A DNA stretch of 62,899 nt, filler included, from Octopus bimaculoides (lineage: Eukaryota): the NCBI RefSeq assembly GCF_001194135.2. It is 4 parts of 4 records of this genome, joined end to end, with 100 filler letters (N's around TTAATTAATTAA, not from the genome) between each part and the next. Parts side by side here need not be neighbours in the genome. Positions count along the whole stretch, not along the records: positions 13,502 to 43,203 come from NC_068988.1; 3 more parts are not named here. One strand, 5' to 3'. Position 1 is the first letter of the stretch, and every line of letters begins with the position of its first letter. Both the position numbers and the translations under genes were made by a program. The notes beneath the pieces are model-generated. The model was not told where the DNA came from. It saw only the letters and a program-made list of their open reading frames with translations, and ran no database searches. This document shows, piece by piece, positions 24,840 to 37,990 of the stretch.

Positions 24840-25099
24840 CTTAATAAAAGAAAATATAATAAAAAGGAGTTAATATTGTACATAATTTGATTACAATTAA
24901 TCAGAAATTGATACAGTACTAAGCACACAGTGCAAGCTTTTGATAAATAACATTCACATGTCAATTACAGGTTTTCCTTGCAAGCAGAATATATCAGGCA
25001 GAGTTGGCAGTATAGAGGCATCATGAGTAAACTAGCTGCCTAACTGGTAAAAACAACAGAGAAAAGTATTGCTTATAAAAGTTACCAAATGATATTTCA

Positions 25100-25148
<49 letters not shown>

Positions 25149-26770
25149 TAGGTACAAAAGCTTTAAGCTTCCAAGGGAGGAGACAAAAATAAGATAGTAG
25201 AATGTAATCTCCTTGAAAAGTATTAAAAATGAAATGGCAACAACTGAACAGATACTGAGTTCAATAATCAAAATGAATTATAAAGAGGAGTCTTAAAATT
25301 TTAAATAGCTTGTTTTGGATAGATATAAGATGGTAGATATTTGGGACTGAGGAAAGGAAATATCGTGATGCTCAAGCCTTTCCCAACACCATTAACAGCA
25401 TAAGAGATGAATCAGGGCATCCTACAAGACATGGATAACAAAAATTTTGTATTTTCTATGCAACTCATAACTGAAATTTTAAATACTGATACCTCACATT
25501 GACACAGTCAATAATTTGAAACAGTTGTGATTCAAATTAAAGCAAGTAAATAATATTCAGGTTATTGACCCTGGAGGGGATGAAAGACTAAAATCAACTC
25601 CAGTAGGGAATATAGTTGGAATGAAAAGGATGAAACTTAGTATAGTAGGGTATTTATTCCAGCATGACAGCATTTCTGTCTCTCCTTGAACTTTGTCCTA
25701 TTATGAACAAGATCTGCCATGTTCAAGGAGTAAAAAGATGTTGAGAAGCTTATGTTTTTCTCATAGGCATGAACTAAAATGGGTTCAACTGAAGATTAAA
25801 TTCTGTTGTTGCCTTATTTAGCAAAATACTGCATAACATTTTATATTTACATTTTATAAATATTGAAATGTAACAGATTGAAGGCTATTTTAGGTAGGCA
25901 TAGCTGATCATAACAACTTCAGAATTCGACTGCTACTTATTAAACATTGAAGGATGAATGTAAGGCAAAATTGACCAAACAAGACTCAAACTCTGACCAT
26001 AAGGGAGACAACTAAAAGCAAAAAAAAAAATGAAACAAAAAGAAAAGAAAAGGCATTCAGTGCTCAATCAATTCTGTCAGTCAACTGGCTTTAGACTTTA
26101 GAAATAGTAATTAAAACTGTCAAAAATATAAATCATATCCTCAGTATCACAACTGACTGATCAATCTACTTTCCCTACACTATCACAATCTAATAGTATT
26201 TTAAACCCAAACTTTGTAATTTGCTTCTGTTTATCTCNNNNNNNNNNNNNNNNNNNNNNNNNNNNNNNNNNNNNNNNNNNNNNNNNNNNNNNNNNNNNNN
26301 NNNNNNNNNNNNNNNNNNNNNNNNNNNNNNNNNNNNNNNNNNNNNNNNNNNNNNNNNNNNNNNNNNNNNNNNNNNNNNNNNNNNNNNNNNNNNNNNNNNN
26401 NNNNNNNNNNNNNNNNNNNNNNNNNNNNNNNNNNNNNNNNNNNNNNNNNNNNNNNNNNNNNNNNNNNNNNNNNNNNNNNNNNNNNNNNNNNNNNNNNNNN
26501 NNNNNNNNNNNNNNAGCAAGTAACACTAACATTTGAAGCTGTTGAATTTGCACCAATTTATAAGATTTACTTTCTAAATCATTCAACATGAGCTGAAGTC
26601 ATTTTGCTTATTTTTTTGCATTTGCTTCATAATGCTCAATGAAACAGTTTGAAGTTTTCTAAATTATCCAACAGTGTTCCTATTTTCTGCTGTAACAGTA
26701 CCTCAGTTGTTCAGTTTGTCTTTTGTAACTGAAAGATCTTTCTGTTTTCTTAATGTTTCATTAGTCTTAC

Positions 26771-26821
26771 CTTACATGATAAAATGCAGTGTTTCACACT
26801 GATCATGCTGGCAGAAGGAAA
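26771..26821 (-). CDS. candidate 51-nt phase-0 cassette exon (FPSASMISVKHCILSCK)
   Basis: TTGTTATTTTAG| ... AAG|GTAAGA; only the phase-0 frame is open. Confidence 0.3.
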
Positions 26822-27194
26822 CTAAAATAACAAACAGAGCAGAGTGAGTGTCAGTCAGAAATGCTAAATGCAGGCAAACTATAATGAGAGGTTTTACTCA
26901 CAAGTTGTTGTGCAAATTTTTATCATAGATAATATTTACTTTAATAGTTTCACAGACACACACATATATATGAAATTCCATATAACACTTTTTTGTTTTC
27001 AAAATATCACTCACGTTACATGTGAATCTTTTATTTTACTCCAATTTTCCATTTTTGCTTTTCCTGAACTAACCCTTGTATATCTTACAAATTAAAGGCA
27101 AACACGTTTATACACACATGCCTATATGTGTGTGTGTGTACGAGAGAGAGAGAGAGAGCGAGAGAGAGTGTATGTGTTCGTGCATGCACTTGTG

Positions 27195-27470
27195 TCTGTG
27201 TATGGCTGAAGTTTGTTACTCAACCACACTATGTAACCCTGAGCCAGCAAAATCTTTGTGAGTGGATTTGGTACACGAAAGCAGAAACGAGCCTGTCATG
27301 TATATACCTGTGTGTGTGTGCATGTGTGTGTGTGTGTGCGTGTGTGTGGATTTGTGCCAGTGTCTGTCCCCACTAATAGGCTCAAAAAATAAGTATTGGG
27401 GTCGATTCATACAACAAAAAACTCTGTATTACATGGCTGCAGTAAGGAAAGTGGTCAAGGGAGCCAGGAC
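27195..27470 (+). mobile_element. decayed SINE (1090 family)
   Basis: GTGAGTGGATTTGGTACACGAAAGCAGAAAC..GCCTGTC plus a (TG)n tract. Confidence 0.6.
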
Positions 27471-27599
27471 CAAACAGAATACCCTACCTGTTGTACAAAA
27501 ATATCCCAGTGTGCTTGAGTGACACCACAAATTAATATGGTCAGCATGGAAGAACTTGAAGATCAGTGACCAATGGATGAAAGCCAAAAGGATATACTT

Positions 27600-28900
27600 T
27601 CCGAAAGAGCAGAACTCAAGTGACATCAGCCAATTAAGACCAACATCACTTCTGTATGTTGAGGGAAAAATCTAACAGGCAGCCAGGGTAAATAAATAGC
27701 TTACAGAGAAATAGTACTTGGATATACCAGTTCAGAAAGGAAGCTTCCCTAGAGTGCTGGGTTGTGTAGAGCATGCCTCAATGATTTGGGAGATGATCCA
27801 AAGAGCTTAGAGCAGAGAGGAGAGATCTTGATGTGGTACATCTCAATCTGGTGAATGCTTAGGGTTCAGTCCCACACAAGATGATTCAACAAGCTCTTGT
27901 GATCTATCATCTTTTACAAAACATCCAAGAAACGAAGTATTTCATGGTTTCTCTTGTAAGTCTCCACCAAAGAGTACACACCATCTGAATCAATTTGGAA
28001 GTTGACATAGCAACGGCATGTACAATCTCCCTTGTATTGTTTGTGTTGGCAATGGAGGTCATCCTGAAGGCAGCAACAGGATGGTCAGTCACAGCAAAAC
28101 TTGGAGGGATTTCAGATGCCACTTCTAAAAGCCTTTATGAGCAACACTACAGTCCTTTCCAGAAAGGAGGATGAAACATGCAAGATTGCTGAAACAGTTG
28201 AACAAAGTTGTTGCATCTTCTAGAATGAGGTTCAAACCAAGGAGATTCCAGAGCCTCACTGTATGGAAAGGTAAATTAGCATAAATAGTCATGTTCACAT
28301 TAGCAGAGGAGCCAGTCAAAAGCCTCGTAAGTTGGTATGACAACACCTTGAAAGATGTGGAAAGAGGAACTGAAACCAAACTAATGGTGGTAAAAGGTCT
28401 GCAGCTCATAGACTAGTGTGGCTTTTCTGGCAAATACACAAAGAAGTGGTTTGGTATCCTACCAGTTCTTACTAATGTTACACTTACTATTGCCAAGCTA
28501 ATCTTCTCAAGTTCATCGTAAGAGGAATAGAGTGTCGGAAAAGTAAGACTCTTAACTTAACCATGCTTGAAAACTCGAAAGACAAGGTTGTGAGATTGAT
28601 CAACCCCAAACTGAAGACAGGAAATGAGAAGTCCAGAATGTGGTGGATGTAGCAAAGGAAAGCTTTACAATCAGAGAAATAGGGGGACACACTCAGGCAA
28701 ATCAACAGAGACTGGGTGTAACAAAACTGGAATGTTGGTTAGAGGCCAGAAGAGGGATCTTAGGAAGGGGATGCCACAGAAATACGGAAGGTAATACAGC
28801 AGAGACAAGAGTGCCTGTAGACAACATGGTATCCCAAGGGGGATACATATGAAGACACAATCAAGTGCTTAAGGAGATCATACACATGATAAGTATGGCA
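27600..28900 (-). mobile_element. highly decayed CR1/L2-like LINE 3' region
   Basis: Stop-ridden minus-strand frames with LINE-like RT C-terminal words (LLGLNL.., ..GSFLSELV); weak similarity only. Confidence 0.35.
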
Positions 28901-29097
28901 AGGGTAACGTCACTGCCGTGCAAGAGGCATTCTTTGTTTCTAGTCTTCCACTTAATCAACTCTGGGCATAATGAAAATTTATCTTAATTGGAAGCAGGTG
29001 AAGATTAGCAATGGGAATGGCATCTGGTTATACAAAATCTGTCTGATCCATTTGAGTATGGAAATGTAAATATTTCATATATAATATATATATATAT

Positions 29098-29235
29098 TAG
29101 GAAGGGCATCCAGCTGTAGAAACTCTGCCAAATCAGACTGGAGCCTGGTGTTGCCATCCGGTTTCACCAGTCCTCAGTCAAATCGTCCAACCCATGCTAG
29201 CATGGAAGGCGGACGTTAAACGATGATGATGATGA
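29098..29235 (+). mobile_element. RTE-family 3' tail ending in (GAT)n
   Basis: TTAGGAAGGGCATCCAGCTGTAGAAAC...CCAACCCATGCTAGCATGGAAGGCGGACGTTAAACGATGATGATG; same tail as at 32395-32525 and 42810-42957. Confidence 0.8.
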
Positions 29236-29239
29236 TATA

Positions 29240-29880
29240 TATATATATATATATATAAATGAGTATATGCATACCTACATCTACCTGTATATATAGATGC
29301 ATATCTGGGTACAGGACGTTGCAAACAAAACGTAGACAAAAAAATAATAAACAGAGTACAGAAAACACACAGGCCACATAGAGAACATTTCCTTCATCAG
29401 CTGCCACCATTCTAACACTGGCATTTCGAAGAGTTAGGGCAGGACGCATCGTTAAAATAGCTCTTCCCACGGACCACAAATTAAATTTGTACCATGGAAG
29501 AATGTAGTGGCAGACAGAAAACAAGACAGGAAAACAAACAAAAAAGGCTATACGGCCAGATGTGAAAAAATATGTGTATATTGAAAGCTATGAAGCAACG
29601 AACTGGAAGGAAGTGGGATGAAGTATGTTCGTATGCCTGCTTGGCAATAGCCAAGGAAGAAAGGAAGTAGGGCTGGACACATGTGACTATCGAGGGGTAA
29701 GGAGAAAGAGTGGTAGAGGGAGAAAAGAAGGGGAGGAAGTAGAAAATAGGTGAGCAACGAGAGACAGGGAGGAAGAGAGAGATATAGTAGTAACAGAAGG
29801 AAGAACAAGAGGGGGAAAAAGATATAAAGATAGATAGAGTTGCGTCAGAAAATATAAAGTTCAAAACTTACTTGCAGGGA
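29240..29880. repeat. interspersed repeat, possibly Penelope-type terminal region
   Basis: Shares ACAGGACGT...CCTTCATCAG blocks with 48310-48570 and 49060-49265; 62620-62800 carries a similar block in the opposite orientation. Confidence 0.4.
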
Positions 29881-30929
29881 TTAGATATATATATATATAT
29901 ATATATATTACATGGATGATTACATTTTCAATTGAGATGTTACAACTGTATCTGATTGTTAAAGTGCATCACTTCTGTGTATGTACATATATTTACTCAA
30001 TTGCTGACATTCATCAATGGTTTCGCCCATTGTTTTGTAATGCACTAATTTCTATTATTAAATAAAACTGTCAGCATTTTTAACAACACAAGTTATGATA
30101 GTTTAGAATAAATTACCCTCAGTAACTATCAGGAAGATGAACTACTGATTGATGATATTGAGAGGAAGTAGGAGTTAGCTTTCTGAAAATGGGTTAATTT
30201 TCTGTGTAGAAAAAGCAATTTACAAAAAAAACAAACAAAAAAAAAGAAGCTATGTTTAAAACAATAATCTTACATTTATTATGTTAATTTTTCACAAAAT
30301 AAATAAAATTACTAAATAACATTATTAAATAAAAAAATCTGTTATTAATAACACACTGAGTGAAAATGGTGATGGTGGGAACAAAATAAAATAATAATTA
30401 ATATCTTAATAATTTTTAGGAGGAAGACCATGCTAAAACTCAAATGTTATCAAGGAAGCACTTACTGTGGTCACTTTGGGCCAGTTCCACTTAAATAAGA
30501 ATAACTGGCTGATAGTATTAAGATACGACATGACAAACTCTTGTATTTGTGACATTAAATTAGATAACAATAGCTATTGAATAACATGATCTGTGATTAT
30601 AACAAACAGCTTTCACTATATCTCGGCCATAAAAATCAAAGAGAACAATTAAGAGCAAATGTATTAATATGATGCATTATCTGGTGTTGCTGTAAATGTC
30701 TTTGTTGTGAGAGAAATACCTTTATTTATTGTTAAGATTACATTCCTCAGAGAATTTTACAAGTTTTTAACAACAGGATCACAGAATGCATATTCCAAAA
30801 GTCATTGAGGTCAACGTGATTCCTGATTGCTGATTCAGTACTCACTTTTTATCCAGGTTTTAATTTGATACTTCTCTTAAATGACATTAAATGCAAATAC
30901 ACTATATTTATTTATGATGGTAAAGCAAC

Positions 30930-32525
30930 TGCAGGGGAAGCATTTAACCAAAAAGAAACCTCTGTACTTGGCTTTTGTTGACTTGGAGAAAGCCTTTGAC
31001 AGGATCCCTTGCTCCCTCATCTGGTGGTTAATGCAGAAGCTTTGTATTGATGAGCGGTTGATGAGAGCTGCACAAGGCATGTACAGAGATGATGTCAGTA
31101 AGGTGAAGGTCAGTAATGAGTATAGCATGAATACAGTGTACAAATAGAAATTCACAAATGACTGATTCTCAGACCCCTCCTGTTTATCATAGTCCTCCAG
31201 GCCATAAAAGAGGAATTCAAGATTGGCTGCACTTGGAAGCTCCTCTATACTGATGACCTTGTTCAAACTAGAGAGGAAATTTCAAGTGCGGAAGCAAGGT
31301 CTGGAATCTAAGGGCTTTAGAGTTAATTTAGCAAAGACCAAAGTCCTAGTAAATAGAAAAACAGACAAATCACAAATCTCTTCAGAGAGATGGCCCTGTT
31401 TGATATGTCAGAAAGGTGTTCGTAGAAACTTCATACGGTGTACCCAGTGCAAGCTATGGACACATAAGACACATAATTAAGAGAGCGGCATCATAGGAAG
31501 GTTAACAGAGAGAGGAGTCTTAGTGTGTGGTAGATGTTTGGGTACCATAAACACTAAGAATGAAAAGAAAATAGATTTTCTCAAATGGCTGGGGGAGGGA
31601 TCCTTAGAAGTAGTAGATAGCTTTTGCTAACTAGGCAACCAAGTTAGCAGTGAAGGAGGAAGTTTTGAAAGCATAACTGCTAGAATAAGAATGGACTGGG
31701 TAATGTTCAGAGTTACTATCTTTGTTGGTAACAAAGGGAATCTCCCGCAGAGTAAAAGGCAGACTGCATGATGCCTGTGTATGTACAGCTATGCTGCATG
31801 GCAGTGAAACACAGGCTATGACTACAGAGGACCTGAGAAGGCTTGAAAGAAATGAAGCCAGCATGCTCTGTTAGATGGATAATGACAATAGGCATGTATG
31901 ACAGAATGCAAATCATTTAAGAGAAAAATTGGGCATACGAGGCATCAGATGCTGCATACAAGAGAGAAGACCTCACTGATATGGTCATGTGATGTGTATG
32001 CATGAAGACAGCTGTAATAAAGAAGTGCCAATCTCTAATAGTGGAGGAAATACATGGGACAAGGTGGTGAGAAAGGATCTCCAGCATTGGGCCTCAGATG
32101 ACGAGGGACCAAGACATATGGTGATTTGCTGTGCTTCAGAAGAACCATCAAACTAAGTAAAACTCTGGCCATCCATGCATACAGGCAAGTCCTTGCACAC
32201 AGGTGCAATATAAAAAGCACTATTGCCAGCACCACATAAAAAGCACTAATGCTGGCACTATGTAAGAAGTACTCATGCTGGCGCCACGTAAGAAGCATTC
32301 ATGCCAGCACCATGTCGAAGTCACTTGTACTGGCACCACATAAAAGCATCAGTGCAGGTACCACATAAAAAGCACACAATACACAATGGTTGGTGTTAGG
32401 AAGGGTATCCAGCCATAGAAGCTATGCCAAAACAGAAAAAATGGAACCTGGGAAGCTCTCTGACTGGTCAGCTACTGTCAAACCGTCCAACCCATAGAAA
32501 GCAGATGTTAAATGATGATGATGAA
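30930..32525 (+). mobile_element. 5'-truncated RTE LINE (RT, Cys-rich insert, 3' UTR with GCACCACATAAAAAGC repeats, (GAT)n tail)
   Basis: KPLYLAFVDLEKAFDRIP..LIWW, LLYTDDL, GLESKGFRVNLAKTKVLV, WPCLICQKGVRRNFIRCTQCKLWTHK; frameshifted. Confidence 0.92.
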
Positions 32526-33169
32526 CCTTACAAACTGGAATCAAATTCAAAAGATGATGTTGGAGATGTAAATACAGATATAGTCATAAGAAAAACAAAA
32601 CAATATGAAAGAAATCTGGCATCCTAACATTTTTAGTATTAAATGTACCAAGATAGAGAACAGGGGAAACCGCAGAACTTAGAGATCATAGAATAAACCA
32701 CAAAGTTTCCAAAGCAGTGTAAATTTGAAAAGTCAGCTGAGGAGACACATCTGCACCTATAATGCTTGACAATTGTACAGCATCTCACTTGTAAGGTATG
32801 GGTGCAGGATGGATCAAAAGAATTGTAGTGAATTCCATTTCCTATCTCTTGTCCTTTTAATATTCTTTAAGTCTCTCTCTCTGATGATGGAATAAAACCA
32901 TAAAAATATATTTCAAGCCTCTTGATTCCCCACGCTTCTATGTCTGTCCACTGACAATTCTTCGGTTTTTGAATTCGGAGTTAATTATTACCAAAACACA
33001 CATTTGTCTACCCACATATACTGATATACACACACACACATTGATACATATGCACCCTGAAATTCAATACCACATATTGAGACATACATGATATAGACAC
33101 ATACATTATTATATATACTCATTTATACATACATACCCTCATATTCCCTCTCCTTCTTTCTCTGCATAT

Positions 33170-36010
33170 CCAGGTTAGGGTGATGCTGTGGGGGAGGAAC
33201 AAAGCAAAACAGATATCATCACTGAACAACTGTGAGACCAAGGAGAACAACAGCAGCAAAGCAAAGGTCCACCAGGAGAAATAGAAGAAGCCAAAGATGG
33301 AAATGAAGACACAGCAAGCAGCCAAGTAGAAAATGGACGTGAGCCCAGGGTGAGTGCAAAATGAAAGGAAAGAAGAAATAGAACTTGTGAAGACAGAGTT
33401 TCTGGAAACAAGAAAGCCTAACCAGTCTGTGCAAGTTCTATGCAAAAGGTACCTGCGGGCATGGAGACATTGAGACAGGTTGCAAATTTGCTCACCTCAG
33501 ATCCCATGTGAGTGGTACTGATTTCACTCACACCAAAGACACAGGGTCAGGTCACAAGATATGATGTCACGGCCATGGAATTAAGTGGATGGTGCTTGCA
33601 CTGCTCATAACCACCTCTGACACCATTGCATATGTCAAACCAGAGGCCACTACTGACACCTTATATGTCACACCTGCATTCCTGCTGAGTATCAGGTGCC
33701 TCGTAATGTCCCACCAATGCAAAACTTTATACCTGACAGAGTTAGTAACATATAATCAAGCAATACGCATAGCAATAACAAAAACACATCTGAACACTGA
33801 CATATCAGATGCTGAGGTACACATACCAAAATAAGTTGTCTTTCAAACTGACAGGAGCAAAAGGACTCACAGTGGAGTTGCAATGTATATCTGGGAAGAT
33901 GTCAAGCCTGTAGTTCTGCTGTCACACTCTAACTCAATCTGTGACACTCTAGTGGTATACATTAAACAGATGAAAATAGTAATATGTACTACATATCACC
34001 CACCAGATGCTCCAAATCATGGGGATTCATTTGAAGAGATCCTCAAAAAGATAGAAGTGTTAACCAATGTTGATGACAACCTTCACAAACTTCTTTTAGG
34101 AGACTTTGCAAACATAGTCATTATGGAGAAAACAGAGCACCACCCAACAAGGAGTAAAAATGTCCTGGACCTCTGCTTCACAAACAACACAGTAGACATC
34201 CATAATGTTAAGCTGACACCAACGATTCACTTGGACCGTAACTTAAGAGAGCTGACAATGTCTGGTTTGCAGAAAACTGCAGACCTGCAGGCTACTAGGA
34301 ACACCCAACTCCTCTCCAGCCTGAACTTTCATAAGACTAATTGGAAAGGTATTCAGAAAGAGGGGATGAAACAAAACTGATCATACAGCCTCTTAACGCA
34401 AGATATTAACATAAACCTACAACACTTTATGGCAATCATGCATGACATATGCAGTAAGTTTGCTTGAGAAAGAATGCCAAACCAACAGAAAAATAATTCT
34501 CAGGGACAGGAGGACTCTACTAAGATGATGAGCAAAAATCTCAAGCCGTCTAAATGAGTCACTAAAAGATAGCAAAAGATCCTATCTCAAACATTGCTCA
34601 AAAAATCTCATGAAAAGGAGAGGGCAGAGAACGAAACCGAGGCTGTCAAAAATATAAAGACAAACCCTAAAGCCTTCTATAGATTTGTAAAAGAGTCTAA
34701 TTCAATATGGTACAAGATAGGGCCACTGCTCAAGGATTGCAGACCCCCAGAGGGTAAGTGAAATACTGTACATGCAATACAGGAATGTTGGGACAACTCC
34801 AATAGGGCACTTACAAATAGCTATGCCTGGTGAGTTCTTCGGCTCAACACAAAGGGATGACAATTATTGATAACTAGCAGAAATACCCGGCTTTGCCCGG
34901 GTTAAAGAGAATAATGAAATCTAAAAACGCCGTCTAGACTACGCAACCCTCAACTGTTAGTAGCTACGATACCATATTTCTACATTAATAACTCTCCAAT
35001 CCATGCCAGCATGGAACATAGACATTAAGTGGAATGCCAGTCTCTCATCTGGGAAGGCCTTGAAATCAATGTTACCAACTGGGGACTATGTGTCACAGTG
35101 ATAATAAAAAGACTCAAAAGAGGTCTGCAACGAAATAATTTTACTCAACACTTTGNNNNNNNNNNNNNNNNNNNNNNNNNNNNNNNNNNNNNNNNNNNNN
35201 NNNNNNNNNNNNNNNNNNNNNNNNNNNNNNNNNNNNNNNNNNNNNNNNNNNNNNNNNNNNNNNNNNNNNNNNNNNNNNNNNNNNNNNNNNNNNNNNNNNN
35301 NNNNNNNNNNNNNNNNNNNNNNNNNNNNNNNNNNNNNNNNNNNNNNNNNNNNNNNNNNNNNNNNNNNNNNNNNNNNNNNNNNNNNNNNNNNNNNNNNNNN
35401 NNNNNNNNNNNNNNNNNNNNNNNNNNNNNNNNNNNNNNNNNNNNNNNNNNNNNNNNNNNNNNNNNNNNNNNNNNNNNNNNNNNNNNNNNNNNNNNNNNNN
35501 NNNNNNNNNNNNNNNNNNNNNNNNNNNNNNNNNNNNNNNNNNNNNNNNNNNNNNNNNNNNNNNNNNNNNNNNNNNNCTGAAAGTATCTGTCATTACAGTA
35601 TCGAAATGTGATTGTTTCAGTTAGTGGAATAGCTTCATTTTTAAAGTGAAAGTATTTGACATGAGTGTTTTTGTTTCACTTTTGACACGTAATACTTAAA
35701 TAGTGGAGGAGATATTATGTTGCCGTGGGCTCGAACTCTGCAAGAAGTTAAAATTTTTTTTTTACTAAAACACAACTGGAACCCTAAGTAAGGCATCTGT
35801 AAAATTTGAATGAAATTGGTTGCGTAGTTCTCGAGTTTTAGGGATACACACACACACACACACACAGACAGACAGACAGACAGACAGACACACATTCTCA
35901 TTTTTATATATATAGATATCAAACTAGAGGAGAGTGATGTAATATCAGCCATTGATGAAATGAGCTCAAACTGAGCCACAGGCCCTGATGGATTCCCAGC
36001 AATCTTTGTA
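33170..36010 (+). mobile_element. decayed CR1/L2-like LINE: ORF1 remnant, APE endonuclease and linker up to GPDG; interrupted by a Helitron
   Basis: IAITKTHLNTDISDAEVHIP, SGVAMYIWED, TYHPPD, LLLGDF, NVLDLCFTNN; resumes after 35916 as IKLEESDVISAIDEMSSN*ATGPDGFPAIF. Confidence 0.85.
34874..35916 (-). mobile_element. non-autonomous Helitron with intact termini, inserted in the LINE
   Basis: Minus strand 5' A|TCTATATATATAAAAATGAG at 35916; 3' hairpin CCCGGGCAAAGCCGGG then CTAG|T at 34874; removing it rejoins the LINE frame (ATTGATAA|TATCAAAC). Confidence 0.9.
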
Positions 36011-37990
36011 AGCTGTCTCATAAGAACTTCCCTCTCCCTGAGAACTTTGTTCATATGTATAGTGGCCTTTCTCTTTGGGACAACCTTGTAGCATATGGAT
36101 TGCATTACAGATATGAATTCTTTGAGTTTCATGTCGATGTCAGATGTAGAGAGAGACACTGAGGTCAATACTGTTGGATGAGCTCTTTTTCAATCGATTT
36201 CCAGTCTGCTTTATTGAAGCTCAGATTGGATACATTTTGGGTGCTTCTCATAGACTGCATGTCTGTGGGTTCACTTGGTACACGTTCTATTAAATTGTGA
36301 TTGGTGTCGCTTTCACATTACGAATGAAATCCATACTGTTTGTGAAACAGATCAAGCAGAGATATTGTTTGCCCTGGTTAGTACTACTTGCTTCATGTAC
36401 AATGTGTAGGTGAGGTTGAGCAGGGATTCTACCAGTCTTTGTTCATACATCATCCTTGAGAGGAAATGGCCTTCAGGTCATCCTACATTGGGCAAGTTGG
36501 AATCGTCAATGAAAAGTACACTGATGTGCTATTCTAATATGGTTCAAACCATTTTTTTTTTTATTTTTGCAAGGTTTTGAATAGGCCTGTCTGATCTGGA
36601 GCATATGGTGGGCCATAAGTAATACATACAACTATATCAAGTTGTCTTACATGAACAATCGGTGTCACACACCAAGTTTGAGTATGAGTAAAGGATCTAT
36701 GGTGTGAGGTCTTCATGGATGTATATTGCAACTCCACCATGACTCCTGTCTTTTCTGTTGTTTCACAATATGACATACTTTAGTACATGTATTTCTGCAT
36801 CAGTCATGTCAGGTTTTAGGCGTTTCAATGAGTGCTACGTATAAGGCTTCATTGCATGCCACAAGGTCTCTAAGAGAGGGAATTTTGGTTCGGTTACTGA
36901 GTTGTAACAGTCTTCTAATGTTTAGAAAGAATATTGATGTAATATCTGTGCTGATGCCAGTGATGGCCACTCTGGATCCATTGGCTGTAGTGGTCTTGTA
37001 TGTTGGTGCAGATAGCTCCGACTCCGAAATTGATGTACCCAGGTCAATTGATGTACCCAGGTCAATTGTTGTACAATCTTTTGTGCCATGCATAAAAAAC
37101 AATTGTTGCTCAGCTGCAGCGCTTCTGACTGCATCTGGATAGGGCTGGTTGTTGCAAACAGTGTGCACTACATTAGCGCATTTTCATTTTGGTGCAGCAC
37201 AGCTTTTTCCCTTTTGAGTCTTTAGTTCCTTTGGAGGAAAGTTTTTGTCCTCCTTATGCAACAATGGCATAATTTTGGGTATGGGAAACAACAGTTTGCC
37301 CCATCATCTCCATGCCATCAGACACCATGCAGGCAGAATTTACATATTTGTGTTTGGTTTCTTTCCTTTCCATTTCTATTGTCTGAAGTCTTTCTTGTCC
37401 CCAGTGTTTGCCTCCTTCTTAATTATTCATACCATCATGTATGGACAGTCAAACTTATTTCTTCTCTTGGTTGTTCTTGAGAGTTGTATTTTTGTCTTTT
37501 TCTTCTTTTTATTTTGTGTCATCATCATCTTTTTGTTCCTATTTATTTCCAGGGGCTTTTGATTTTGCTTTCCTTTATTAGCCCTTTCACTGGTTGCTTA
37601 CATTGGTGGTGCTAAGGCCATTAGTGCTGATGTCTCTTTCCCTGGCAGGTCTCTCACTCATGGTTTCATCTTCGTTTCCTTGTGGGTCAGTAGAGCCAAA
37701 GAAACATCTCTCATTTATATCAGTGTTTCCTCCTTGTTATCATTTTTGTGTTTGTTTTCAAAGATGTTAATATGAGGTCTGATGAGAACATGTGAGTGGA
37801 TAGACTCTTGTTTCTTTCGCTCCATCTGAGCTGTAGTCCTTGTATAACCATTGCTCTTTAGTGCTGCCATTATTATACTATTTGGGTTGTCTCCCTCCAA
37901 TATTTGTCAGCTTTGCAAAAACAGTTTCAATTCTGCACTTAGCCCATTTCAAGACAACTTCAGAGTGATTGTCAGCTGTTTCCTCCTGTA
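36005..37990 (-). mobile_element. second decayed CR1/L2-like LINE (ORF1 CCCH-type fingers plus APE endonuclease), opposite orientation
   Basis: ICKFCLHGV..HG..GANCCFPYPKLC; FFLNIRRL...YVALIET; HGGVAIYIHEDLTP. Same family as the 33170 copy but diverged. Confidence 0.8.

Noticed and set aside
26541-26560. AVEFAP peptide resembling UPF3 IVEFAPFQK
   Set aside because: On the plus strand, opposite to the EBM exons; flanks (QVTLTFE, IYKIY) do not match and there are no splice sites.
29385-29435. CGAAA...CTGATGAAGG on the minus strand, with similar motifs at 48410-48460, 49145-49195 and (plus strand) 62625-62670
   Set aside because: Hammerhead boxes are in reverse order and I could not build stems I and III between them; not called as a ribozyme.
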